From NCBI GenBank assembly GCA_965112735.1, contig OZ218957.1:930001-994000 (forward strand): 64,000 nucleotides of DNA. The letters are read 5' to 3'. The notes below the pieces were generated by a model. It did no database searches. It had not been told where the DNA came from and saw nothing but the letters and a program-made list of their open reading frames with translations. Both the position numbers and the translations under genes were made by a program. Numbering within the stretch: the first letter of the stretch is position 1; each line of letters opens with the position of its first letter. Below, piece by piece: positions 1-16,557 of the stretch. The stretch is from Phaeosaccion multiseriatum (taxonomy: Eukaryota > Protista > Ochrophyta, other classes).

Positions 1-141
1 CTGCGGCCCCCCTAGGCCGGCCAAATTTCGACTCTAGGCCTACTACTAGGCCTAGGCTTCTAGGCCAGTCTGGGGCCGAGAAGTTGAAGAATAAAATTGA
101 AGAAGGGAAAAACACCCGAGGGGGCCAGAGAACACTTCCAC

Positions 142-1170
142 ATGAGCAACTTTGTCCTTTTATATCCAGAGAAAAAGTCAAGTATGATGAAGATCGCAAG
201 CGTGTTCCTGGTTTCCTTCTTCTGCTGGTCTATTGCATGCAGCGTTTCTGCCGCGGAGCCTTCTTTCGCCGTGCGCGCTTCGATTATCAAGAGTGTTCGG
301 GGGATACGAGGGGGTGCTTGTCCGATCGGCCGCGCAACCCCTTGCGACAGCGAGGGCTTCCCCAACAAGCCCGCTTATGGCTGGAACAAGGCCCCACCGA
401 AAACGTCGCTGGCGGAATTGAGCCCAGGACATGCGAAGAGTGCCAACTCGATCATGCTAAATCTTATTGAGATGATGCACTACGCTCCCGGAATCCCCGC
501 CTTTCTTTTTGCCCACAAGGTTGTGGCCAACTCGGACTTTTGGCTCAACAAGTTCGGTGGCGACTCGACGCGTCTCTTTCTCTTGATCATTTCCCAAGTC
601 CTGGCGTTCGCTGGAGGTTTGCCCGGTTACGTCATGCACACATACGAAGGGTGGCAAGTGACTCCGTTTCTCAACCCGCTTTGTGACAAGGAACAGCTCA
701 AGGTGTCTGCGAAAAACAATCAGTGGCTTCGTGAAGTTGCGTACAAATTCATCTTCGTCATGCAGTATGTTGCAGGGATGACTCTAGCGATGGCAGTCCT
801 TGGCCCCGACTTTCTAGGGGGACATTTCTACTTTCTCTTCTGGGTCGGCCTGGCCGTGGCGTATCTTGGAAACCAATCGTCGAAGATGACGCGCACTCTG
901 TTCGGACAGTCCACGTTTCCCTTGGCATATTGCACCTTCGTTCCGTTCGTGCTTGGCCAGATGGCTAACTTGTATGCCTGGAATAAGCTGGCGGGCGATA
1001 CAGTTGGAACCTGCATGGCAGTCGGTCCTGCCGCGCTCATTGCCTTCGGTGGCATGTGGGAAGGCTTGGTTGCGGAGACGACCTTCTTCCAGTACCATCA
1101 CTTCGTTGCTGTGGTCCTCTTCTTCCTCGGTACCTTTGGGCAACTTCACACGTTGGGCAAGCTGATGTAA
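142..1170 (+). CDS. Intronless multi-pass membrane protein of unknown function; ATG at 142 or 184/187 (signal peptide-like MMKIASVFLVSFFCWSIACSVSA)
   Basis: Long clean ORF without microsatellites. It has an N-terminal hydrophobic leader, about 6-7 hydrophobic segments, and His/Glu motifs (EMMHY, MHTYEGW, EGLVAE, QYHHF). Confidence 0.75.
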   Translation: MSNFVLLYPEKKSSMMKIASVFLVSFFCWSIACSVSAAEPSFAVRASIIKSVRGIRGGACPIGRATPCDSEGFPNKPAYGWNKAPPKTSLAELSPGHAKSANSIMLNLIEMMHYAPGIPAFLFAHKVVANSDFWLNKFGGDSTRLFLLIISQVLAFAGGLPGYVMHTYEGWQVTPFLNPLCDKEQLKVSAKNNQWLREVAYKFIFVMQYVAGMTLAMAVLGPDFLGGHFYFLFWVGLAVAYLGNQSSKMTRTLFGQSTFPLAYCTFVPFVLGQMANLYAWNKLAGDTVGTCMAVGPAALIAFGGMWEGLVAETTFFQYHHFVAVVLFFLGTFGQLHTLGKLM

Positions 1171-2066
1171 ACTCATGGCGGGCCGCTGCCTGTGGCTGTG
1201 TGGCTGTGTGACAGACTGACCGAGGCTACGGTCAGAGGACGAGCTGCTCCAGCGGTAGGCAGCTCATGCCACAACGGCAGCTGTGATGCGCGTATGGAAT
1301 GAGGAACAGGGCGGCTTTTCATCTGTCGTGGTTTGGGCTTCCAAAGAGGAGGGGGGGGGGGGAGAATTTAGAGGTTAGAGAGCGCGGTTTCGGGGCTACG
1401 CTGTAATGGCACATCAATTGGGCGGGGCTTGTGTACATCGATGCCGACGAAAGCGAATGTTGATAAGTCCACTCTCTTCGTAATGATAGACCCCTTTTTT
1501 TCAGTTTGTTTCTCCTCTCCCCCATTTCTCTTCTTCCTCTTTCTCACTGCTCTTTCTCCTCCCTTTCCTTCGTGGCCTCTTGCTGCCTCTTGTCCTTGGC
1601 CTGCTGAAGCCTCTGCCGCCTGCGCTCGTGCGCACTGCTCACCACCAGGGGAGCTTTCCCTGTTGCGCTTGGTGCCGGCTGCTCTGCAGCTCCTGTAGCG
1701 CTGCTCCCCTGACCTGCCATCCTCGCGCTTGATGAAGGCCCCTGCTCCCTCCACCTCCTGCTCTTGCGCTGCTCTCCGCTGCCCATGCCCGCGGTGAAAG
1801 GCCTGCAGCATCCCCGGGAGAGCTCCGGCTCTGGGAAGCTCCACGGCGACGTTATGAGAGCCCCCCGCCCTCCTTGCCCCTGCATTGGCCATGGGCACAC
1901 CAATAACAGTAGGCCCGACAGGAGTGGCATCACAACGACTTGACACGACCTCGACGCAGCACCGAAGTTGCAGCCCTTTGAGGTCTCTACTCACCTCGTA
2001 ACCACTGTGAAGACTGACCAGTCCTGCTTGCACTAGCAACGTCCTTGAATGTAAGCTACTGGGGAG

Positions 2067-4410
2067 GGGTGCCAACAGCCGAGGGACTCAGAGAGAGCGC
2101 CTGCTGAAACGCGGCGCTGGCGAGTCGTGGACCTGCTGGTGCTGGTGCTGGTGCTGCTATCCGTGCTCTCCCTGCCCTCAGTGCCCTCTCTCCTGTCGCT
2201 CTTCCTGCAGCGTGGAGGGGAAACACGAAGTCACCAGCGACTTTTCCCTCCCCGGCCCCCGACCCTGAGCTTCTCCGCCTCAATGAGCCCCCTTAGCGTC
2301 TTCAAGTAAGAGTAGCCAGTGTGTGAGCTGCTGGATGGGCTGATTCTGGATTTATCCTTTGCCATCTTCGTCCTTCCAGAGACCACACAGGGCCTCTGAA
2401 GTTGTCCTCTCGCCAGAGGGACATCTCAATGGACCTCAGAGTCGTCAGCTCCACGAAGATGCGCCTCAGGAGGCCATGGGCGGCTGTGTATTCAGTCTCC
2501 CGACTCTCCTCCTCCACCTTCCTTCTTTTTAATGCTACCCGCATTTTGCGCCTAGCTGTATCCTCTCCATCTTCACCATCATAATCCTATCCTTCCCATC
2601 CCATCCTCTCGCTTGTTGCCTTCGTCATCTTGTGCACCCGCTCTAACACTCCCTCCCTCCCTCCTTCTTTCCTCTAGTGCTACTCTGGTGCTAATGTCTC
2701 CTCTCTCTGCTCCGCTTTTCTCCTCCATAATCCCTTCACCCGCTTGTATAGACTGTTGAACTCGAACTATATGGCGCCCTCTGATGCCTTCTCACTCCTT
2801 TTGCAGCACTCAAGGTTTGGAGGGTCAGTTTGTGCCCCCCACTGAATCTTTAGACCTCTACCCTAGCCTCTCCAGCAAGCACCTCGGTGCGCTTCCAGTA
2901 GTCAGATTTCCTTGCGCCATCGCGTAGGAGCTCAGCTGCCGTACCGCCTTCAAATAATACTACTTCGGCACCCTCATCCTCAACCTCCCTGTCTAGTGAT
3001 ACAAGGTATCTCCGTCGCCATTTGAATGGCCCCCCTAGTCCCTCCGTTGCCCCGCCCCGCCCGCCCCCCGCTTAAAAGCCCCCAGCATATGTTGAGCATT
3101 GTATTGCTTCTGACATTCACTCTCCTTCTTCTTTCTACTTCTTCTTCGCTTACTACCATGGCCTCTCCCGTCCCCAAGATCAAGCTGTCGTACTTCGACA
3201 TCGAAGGTGCTGCGGAACCTGTACGACTCGCGCTGGTCCTAAGCAAGACCCCCTTTGAAGATGAGCGCGTGTCGTTCGCCGACTGGGGCGAGTTCAAGCC
3301 CAAGACACCGGGGGGACAGCTCCCTGTGATGACGGGTACGTCGGGCGTGCGAGATCACTCGCGTTGTTCTCTCCTGAACCTCTGGTATCTTTTGTTCTTC
3401 GCTCCTTCCTCCCTCATTGGGCTGGCGCCGTTCTCTCTCTTACCACCACGCCTCACGCTGCCATCATTTGTTCTTCTCTCCCTCCCTTACTCACTCACTC
3501 ACTCACTCCCTCAGTTGATGGCGGCGAGATGAGGACTCAGTCCAAAGCTATGCTTCGATGGGTAGGAGCGACCTTTTCCAAGACGCTTTATCCCACGGAC
3601 CTGCTTTTCGAGGTGGAGGAGGCGATCGGCGTGGCTGAGGATCTCGGCAAGGACCTCCAACCGGGGTTGTACATGGGCATGAAGCCTGAGATCTTCGGTT
3701 ACCCGGAGGGTCACAGCAAAACGGAAGAAGGGCAGGCGGTGGTCAAGAAGGTCCGAGAAACCTTCTGCAGCGAGGCGCTACCCAAGCATTTGGCACGTAT
3801 GGAGTCCCTAATGAAGGCGCATGGAGGCAAGTGGCTGGTCAAGGGAGACGAACCGACCGTGGCCGACTGCTGCGCGGTGCCCGTGCTGCGTTCCTTGTCG
3901 CGTGGACATATGGATCACATCCCGAAATCGTGTCTTGATTCGCATCCTGCCATTGTGCAATACATCAAGAACTTCTGCGCTCTGGAGGGAGTCAAGGGAC
4001 GCTACGACAACGGCATCTTTTAACGTGGGTATCGTATATCAGCAGGGCGACCAGGGGAAGGTCGTGCTTAATCGATATGAGTCCCCGCAGGGAGCAGGGG
4101 CAGGCCGTATGGAGTGTCGGTCATGAATAGGACAGGGGGGAAAGTGAGATGAGGGTAACAGGGCCTTGGAAGGTCGCAATGTGCTTCAGCAGGGAAGCAG
4201 GGGGGGGGGCAGTGCGTTTCATCAGGACAGGGGAAGGCTTTAATGAGCTTCCGCAGCGACGCTCCTGTCAGCAGGGCACACTGAACGGCTTAGAGTAGAT
4301 CCGACAGAGTATTATTGGGAGGTCCTAGGGCAGTACAAGGCTGCATGAACTTCAGCAATCTTAATTGATTCACAGGTACTGGTACCATAGAACCAAAGAG
4401 TGTAAAGAAA
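2067..4410 (+). repeat. Left arm of an inverted segmental duplication containing the GST gene (partner 37771-40501)
   Basis: GGGTGCCAACAGCCGAGGGACTCAGAGAGAGCGCCTGCTGAAAC at 2067 is the reverse complement of the sequence ending at 40501. Homology continues to CACAGGTACTGGTACCA...GTGTAAA at about 4410/37771. Confidence 0.95.
3158..4023 (+). CDS. GST: Glutathione S-transferase, sigma-class-like; exons 3158-3335 and 3515-4023
   Basis: Motifs LSYFDIEGAAEPVRLAL, KPKTPGGQLPV, TQSKAMLRW and LVKGDEPTVAD. GT-AG intron 3336-3514 joins the exons in frame (MT-V-DGGE). Confidence 0.93.
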
Positions 4411-4892
4411 ATTGCGTAATTTTTACACTGTGTGCTGTGATCGTATGGCCGAGCCCCCGCCGCCTCTGCCTCGGTCCTGCCCTCCTCTTCTTCTGGGCAT
4501 ATCATCAACACTAGCTATGATACCCCATGAGCATAACATCTTTCGTCTGTTAACCAGGGAACGCTAGGACAGACACGGCCTTCTGCCGAGCTTGACAAGC
4601 CAGTGTTTGTTTGTCGACACTGCCGGCTCTGCTCTTACCCTGCCCATACACCTTCGCCGGGGGGGGGGGGGGAGGGGTTATTCTAGAACGGCTAGTTACT
4701 TCTACTTGCCGCCTTTTCTCTCTCTCGTGTGTTGCCACCGGGCTCCTCAGCACATATCAGTAGCGGCAAACACGTCCACTCCCTGAATCACGCACAACAC
4801 ACACACAACAGCACAGCTCACCAACACACCGCAATGACCCTACCGACCCAACCGACTCTACCAACCCCACCGACCACGAGAGGGACCAAAAC

Positions 4893-5027
4893 CAGCACCT
4901 CAATTGCTCTCGATAGTCAGACCAAAGCACCTCAATTGCTCTCGATAGTAAGACTAAAGCACCTCAATTGCTCTCGATAGTCAGACCAAAGCACCTCAAT
5001 TGCTCTCGATAGTCAGACCAAAGCACC

Positions 5028-5047
<20 letters not shown>
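4893..5047. repeat. Tandem repeat, 32-bp unit x about 5 (ACCAAAGCACCTCAATTGCTCTCGATAGTCAG), overlapping the IFT81 stop codon
   Basis: Contiguous units start at about 4889, 4921, 4953, 4985 and 5017, with no spacers. Confidence 0.95.
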
Positions 5048-9627
<4,580 letters not shown>

Positions 9628-9883
9628 GTCGGACGAGGGGGGGGACTCTGGGCTAAGAATGGGCAATGGGCAATCGGCAACGCTAACAGTTAAGGGGCGG
9701 AGAAGCTGAAACTTCGACGACTCTTAACGGGTTTGGCGCATCCCGCCCGAACTACGCGGAAGCCCCAATTCAATTCTCAGGATCAGGATCAGGATCAGGA
9801 GCCACGATAGATAGACGGCGAGTGAGATGTAGAGGAGACACTGCTGATGAGTGGTGTGGCGATTGCCGCAACGAAGGAGGGAG

Positions 9884-11636
9884 ATGGTCACTGGCGCCCA
9901 GATGGGCGACCAAGACGATGGAGGCTGTAAGGAAGTACACAAGACGGCTGGAGGCGGGCCTGAGAGCCCTGGAGAGGAGGGAGGAGAGACGGATAAGGAG
10001 AAGGATGGTGACGAGGAAGAGGAAGATGGTGGAGACAGCGAGGGAGAGGAGGATGGGGGAGATGGCGAGGGAGATGAGGAGGACGAGGACGAGGAGGAGG
10101 ACGAGGAGGAAAACGAGGATGAGTTCAGCGACGTGGACTTCTACGAGCACATTGGGGAGAACGTTCTCGAGGCTGTCGACGAGGCTCTCCGAGAGTGGAG
10201 GGGAAGCGAGGCCGAGGCGTCGAGGAGGCTTTTGCCAACAGAGGCAGGACCTTCGCTGGGCTTGATGCAGCGGTGCGTTGTGTGCACGCTGCCGCTGGGC
10301 ACGTGCCTTCACGCCGCAAGGACGACTGATCCGGCTACCCACGTTACGTCCTTCGCCACCACGTACCGGCACAGTAGCAGCAAAGCACACTTTGAAGCTA
10401 CCGGAAATGTGAAAGAGGAGGAAGACGAGGTGGTGAAGAAGGAGGACGACAGAGGCGGAGGGGTTGAAGGCGGTGAGAGGTGTGAGGGGGCTGAGGGCGC
10501 TAGTGGCGAAGCTGAGGGCATCAATAGGGAGGAGGCGGAGGTGAACGATGCAGACACGATTCTGGGAGGACTACCCCCCGACCACGTGACGATGGCAATG
10601 GAAGACATGTCGGATGTGCTTGCCCTTGATGCGTGTGACGGGGACGGCCGCCGAGACCATGGGAGCGAGCGAGCCGAACCTGAGGAGGCGTGGATGCGGC
10701 CGCAGCCACTCATCGAGGAGCTTGCCTGGGTGCGACCCGCCTGCAACCTTGCCGACGTCATCAATGGGGACCGCGTCGATCTCTCCCGTCCAACATCTCG
10801 GGCGGGGCACAGCTTAACCTTGTTGGAGGGGGAGGGCGGGTGGAGAGAAGATACGCGAATGTTGGTGCTTTATGGTGGGTTTGCCACTGTCAAGGGGGGC
10901 GTGTTCAAGCCCTACTCGTCCACCACTCTTGGACGGGAGGAGAGGACGAGGTACTATGTCGATGTGCACGTGTTTCGACTCAGTGACAACACCTGGCACA
11001 AGCCGGAGACAAGAGGGCGACAGTCCCTCACCAAGACAAGGCAAAGAGAAAGGGAAAGACAACGGCAAGAACACAAAGAAGGAGGAGGCACCACCACCGC
11101 CGCCGCCGCCACCGCAAATGATGCCACCTCTACTCCTGCTGCTGCTGCTGCTGCTGCTCTGGCTTCTGCCAAGGAGGAGAGATGCAGTGGGGATGAGGAC
11201 GACATCCCCGCGGGTCGCTATGGACACTGCGCCGTGGCGGTAGGGCCTGAGACGATGTGGATGTTCGGAGGCAGATGCCAAACGGCCGTGCAGGGCAGCG
11301 ATACTTTCCTGCTCTGTACTCGCACGATGCGTTGGAGCAGGCTCTGCCAGGAGGGGTGAGTCAGTGAGGCAGTGGGCCAGTGAGGCAGTGGGGCAGTGAG
11401 GCAGTGCGGTAGTGCGGCAGTGAGGCAGTGAAGCGGTGAGGCAATGAAGGGGTAGGGAGGCGGTGCGGCAGTGAGGCAGTGAGGCAGTGAGGCGGTGAAG
11501 CAGTCAGTGACTTAGGGTAGTCAGTCAGTGGGACAGCAGGTCAGTCAGTAGGTCAGTCAGTGGGAAAGTGGGTCAGTGGGTCAGTCAGTCACTTATTTTC
11601 GCCCCCATGGCCCGCTCGCTTCTCTTGCTCCGTGTC

Positions 11637-11699
<63 letters not shown>

Positions 11700-12815
11700 C
11701 TGCGCGTGTGGCAGGAGTGGGCCCCGTCCGGAGGCGCGTGTGCACAGCGCCGCTGTCAACGTCAACGATCGAGTCCTCATGTTTGGGGGATGCGATCTGC
11801 AGGGCATGAGGAACTACAATGACTTATGGCTGTGGTGAGTCAGGCAGCACGTCAGGGAGAGAGCGATGGAGGGAGGGACGGAGGGTCCCGATTCCACACT
11901 CCCCTTCCCCTCCCCCTGTCCCCCCTCCTCACACCCCCCCGCCCTTACAGCCGCCCTCCTTACCCTCTCTCCCTCGCCACCCTTCCTCCTCGCCACCCTC
12001 TCGCGCCACACCAAAACGAAAGGGACGTGGCCTCTCAAACATGGGCGGAGCAGATCGCAGTGGGCGTGCCCCCTGCCCCTCGCTACGGACACTCGCTGGT
12101 GGTGTGCCCGCCGCACACTGCTGTCGGCGACACCAACCGCGCACACGCACGAGTCATGGTGCGTCCTCGTTTACGTACCTACTTACGTACCTACTTACGT
12201 ACCTACCTACTTACGTACCTACTTACGTACCTACTTACGTACCTACTTACGTACGTACTTATGTACTACACACACAACACAACAGGTACTAGGAGGTTGC
12301 TTTGTGACGTCTCTGCAGGAGGAGGGCGTGCCTGCAGACGCGGAGGATAGGGACTTGCAACTGAGGGTGGTGGCCGACATGGTGACAAGGGCCTACGAGG
12401 AGGAGGACGCAGAGGTGGTCATGGCGGGGGTGGGACAGCTCGGGGACCTGAGTCACACAGGGAGTGCGCCGGTGAGTAGGGGAGGGGAGTAAGTATAGTA
12501 GTAGGGGGGGAGGAAGGGGGAGGGGGCTGGCCTGTGTCCTCCTGTCCTGGACGCGTCTTGCTCGCCACTGAGTACCGCACCTCACCTCACCCTCTTCTCT
12601 TGTTGTTGGAAATGCACGTATAATGTGTACGATTGATTGGGTACGGATTTCGCATGTCTCTCTCTCTCTCTCTCTCTTGCGGCACAGTCGTGGAGAGAGA
12701 TACCTCGAAGGCAAGCGCAGCATGCAGCGGCCATCGCCGCACGAGAGAGGTGTGTGGAGGGGCAGAGAGAGGAGAGGAGGGGTGGGGAGGACACAGAGAT
12801 AGAGAGACGAGGGAC

Positions 12816-12869
<54 letters not shown>

Positions 12870-12910
12870 GGGTGGGAAGGACACAGAGAGATCGAGAGAT
12901 GAGGGACGGA

Positions 12911-12954
<44 letters not shown>

Positions 12955-15900
12955 GGTGGGAAGGACACAGAGAGATCGAGAGATGAGGGACGGAAGAGAG
13001 AGAGACATGGAAGAGAGATGGAGAGAGGGAGAAGGAAAGGGCCCGTCCACCCACCCACCCATCCATCCATCCACTGCCATCCCGCCATCCGCTGCTATCC
13101 CAACCCACCGTACGCACCCTCCGCCCCGTCCACAGACAGAGCGCACTGTTGGAGGACGATCTTCATCGCCTCAAGCAAGAGAAGGAGGCGGTGGATTACT
13201 GGGCCAAGCTGACAGCCAGGTACGATATACACAGGGGGTTGATGATGTTAGCGTTGCGTTAACGTTACCCTAAGATGCCATGGGTAAACGTCATCCATCA
13301 CTTGATTTTGACCATCTTGGATGGAGTCACCGGACCATACTTTCCCTACCGAGGTCAGGAAACTGAAACTGAGACTGGAACTGCTCCCTTCTCCCTACAC
13401 CCTCCCTTCCTCCCTCCCTCCCTCCCTCCCTTCCTCCTTTCTTCCTTCATTCCCTCCTTCCCTCCCTCCCTCCTTTCCAGTCACCCCGAGCCGCTGCTGG
13501 ACCTAGTGTGGTTGGACGCAGAGGAGATGGTGTGGAGCTCTCCTGCCTCGCAGCTGCCCTTCATCTCCGGCAAGAGGCCCAAGGCGAGGATGAACTTCTC
13601 GGCACAGCTGCAGGTAGGTTGGATCACCAACTGCTCTGCCTACTCCACTCTGATCACCAACTGCTCTGCTCTGCTCTGCTCTGCTCTGCTGTATCACCAA
13701 CTGCTATAGTATGCTATGCTCCCGTACGGGCTCTCACCGCCTCGAAGCTCCCTCTCCTTAAGTCTGCACTGCATGTGCTGCTAAGCCGTATTTAGCCTTA
13801 GCCTCACCTCAGCTCCTATTTCCTGACGTCACCCGCCACCCTCTTCCGGTGTGCACTGCTGTGCTGCGGCTTGTGTGCCCTCTTCCCCTCCTCCCCCCTC
13901 CCTCCTCCTCCTCCTCACCACACTCAGGGGCGGCAGCTCGTAGTGTGGGGGGGCAGCGCACCATCCACCAAGACCACCGCCGTCCTGCCGCCCGACGTGC
14001 ACATACTCGACCTCCCATCCATGCGCGTAAGTTGTCATCCATCGCCCGTCGCCATTTGTTGCCATCTTTTTTTGCTTTTGGCATGACTTCGCTTGCGATC
14101 CACCTTCTGCTCTGAGGCAACCCTCCCCGCCCCTCGCCTTCGTTGTATGATGTGTCCATCTCACGTCCTTCCATTGCCATCCGTCCCCCAACCCCCCCAC
14201 CTCTCACCCCTCCCTTCATCTTCCCATGGCCCATCCATTGTCATCTACTGCCATCCATCCACTGCCATCCATCCATTGCCATCCATCCATCGATTGCCAT
14301 CCATCCCCTCCACAGTGGTCGGTGCCAGCGGTGCGGGACACCCCTGAGGGCGTGTCGCAGCGCCTATCAGCGGCTGCCACAAGACTGAGAAGGCACCGGA
14401 GGGCGTTGAGAGGCGCCATCGACACCGCAAGGTGCAAAGGGGTACCCGGCAGTCGGTGAGTGTCAAGAGAGAGAGAGAGAGAGGCATGTGGGCAGAGAGG
14501 GAGAGAGAGAGAGAGAGAGACAGAGGCATATGGGCAGAGAGGGAGAGGCGTATGGGCAGAGAGGGAGAGGCGTATGGGCAGAGAGGGAGAGGCGTATGGG
14601 CAGAGAGAGAGAGAGGCATATGGGCAGAGAAGAGAGAGAAACGCGTATAACCCAAACCCCTGATCCCCCTTCGAATCTCCAAACCCCAACCCCAAGAAAC
14701 TTCGCAGTTACAGAAGCGGAATGCTCTGCTGTTGTTGCACTGTGGCGGTTTCAAAGCCTGCTGCAGGAAAAGAACAACTCAGAAGCCCTCCTGCACGCAC
14801 CCACGGGTCGGGCGGGGCACGGGTGTACTAGCGTAGGGCAGCGCCTTTGGTTTTTTGGGGGATGGGGCGAGGAGGGAGTATTCGATGACTTACTGGTGCT
14901 CGACGTGGAGACACGAGAGGAGAAGGTGAGGGAGGGAGGGAGGGAGGGAGGGAGGGAGGGAGGGAGGGAGGGAGGGAGGGAGGGAAGGAGGGAGGGAGGG
15001 AGGGAAGGAGGGAGGGAGGGAGGGAGGGAGGGAAGGAGGGAGGGAGGGAGGGAAGGAGGGAGGGAGGGAGGGAGGGAAGGAGGGAAGGAGGGAGGGAGTG
15101 AGGGAGGGAGGGAGGGAGGGAGGGAGGGAGGGAGGGAAGGAGGGAGGGAGGGAGGGAGGGAGGGAAGGAGGGAGGGAGGGAGGGAGGGAGGGAGGGAGGG
15201 AGGGAGGGAGGGAGGGGAGGGAAGGAGGGAGGGAGGGAGGGAGGGAGGGAGGGAGGGAGGGAAGGAGGGAGGGAGGGAGGGAGGGAGGGAGGGAGGGAGG
15301 GAGGGAGGGAGGGAGGGAGGGAGGGAGGGAGGGAGGGAGGGAAGGAGGGAGGGAGGGAGGAATTTGGGAGGTGAAGGCGTAGAAAGGGAATTGGGGTGCT
15401 CTCTTCTGGCCTTGTGTGTTTGCCTTTTTCTCTCTCTCTCTGTCATTGTGTCTCTCTCTGTATCTGTTTTGACTCTCTCTCTCTCTCTGTCATTGTGTCT
15501 CTCTCTGTATCTGTTTTGGCTCTCTCTCTCTTTCTGTCATTCTGTTTGTATCTCTATGGCTCTCTCTCCTTGTGTCCATGGCCTTGCTCTCTTATCTCTG
15601 CCTCTTTATCTCTGTCTGTATATGTATATATTTCTGTCTCCCTTTCTGTCTGTGTTTGTCTGTCTCTCTATCTGTCTATCTGTATATATTTATGTGTCTC
15701 TGTTTCTGTCTGTATTTATGTGTCTCTCTCTCTATCTGTCTATCTGTATATATTTATGTGTCTCTCTTTCTGTCTGTCTCTATCCCAAGGAGCGCCGTCT
15801 CGAGGAGGAGTTCCATCAACGCCTTGAGAAGGTACGTGGCCTCTCCCTGTCTCTCTGCGTGTAGATGTCTTTCCCTCTCTCTCTCTGTGTGTGTATGTCT

Positions 15901-16526
15901 CCCTCCCTCCCGTGTCTGGGTCTCTTTCTCCCCCCCTCTCTCTCCCTCTCTCTCCCTCTCTCTCCCTCTCTCTCCCTCTCTCTTCCTCTTTTCCCCTCTC
16001 TTCCACTCGTCCACCCACCCACACACGCATGCCCGCCCGTATCCACCAACATATCTACCCACCCACCCGCCACTTCACGCACCTCACCCCACACCCTCAC
16101 ACACCCTACACCCTCACACACCCATGCACCACGACGGCACACGCCCATTCATCACCCACAGGAACGGCAAAAGAGAGACGATGACGAGCGCCAGAGGCTC
16201 CAGCTGCTCGCAACACAGGTACGGCAAGAGGTGGAGACGTACCTCGAGCGAAGGGCGGGGAGGGGGGGTAGAGACGTAGAGACCGGAGGGGAGAGGGGGG
16301 AGAGGAGGAGCGGAGAAGAGAGGGGTGGAGAGGGAGAGGGGTGGAGAGACTCGGCAGCCAAACGCTCAGCACATGACACAACACGCCAAACCATGGAACA
16401 TCACAGGAGCGAATACGCAAGGCCGAAGAAATGCAGCGAGAGGCTGAGGAGCGCCAAGGCCTATACAGAGAAGACTTGCTCAGTGCCATTCCGGAGCTCA
16501 CCGTGGCGCCCACCCCGCAGGCAAGT

Positions 16527-16557
<31 letters not shown>

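Noticed and set aside
1-70. TAGGCC/CTAGG-rich stretch as a telomeric repeat
   Set aside because: Irregular, short and cut by the window edge; not a tandem array.
1368-2600. Minus-strand ORFs upstream of the GST
   Set aside because: No family motif, and where duplicated (from 2067) the frames are not conserved in the other arm.
9670-9875. RFX X-box-like sites (GGCAAC, TTGCCGCAAC) near IFT81
   Set aside because: Only half-site or poor matches, and RFX control is not established for this probable lineage.
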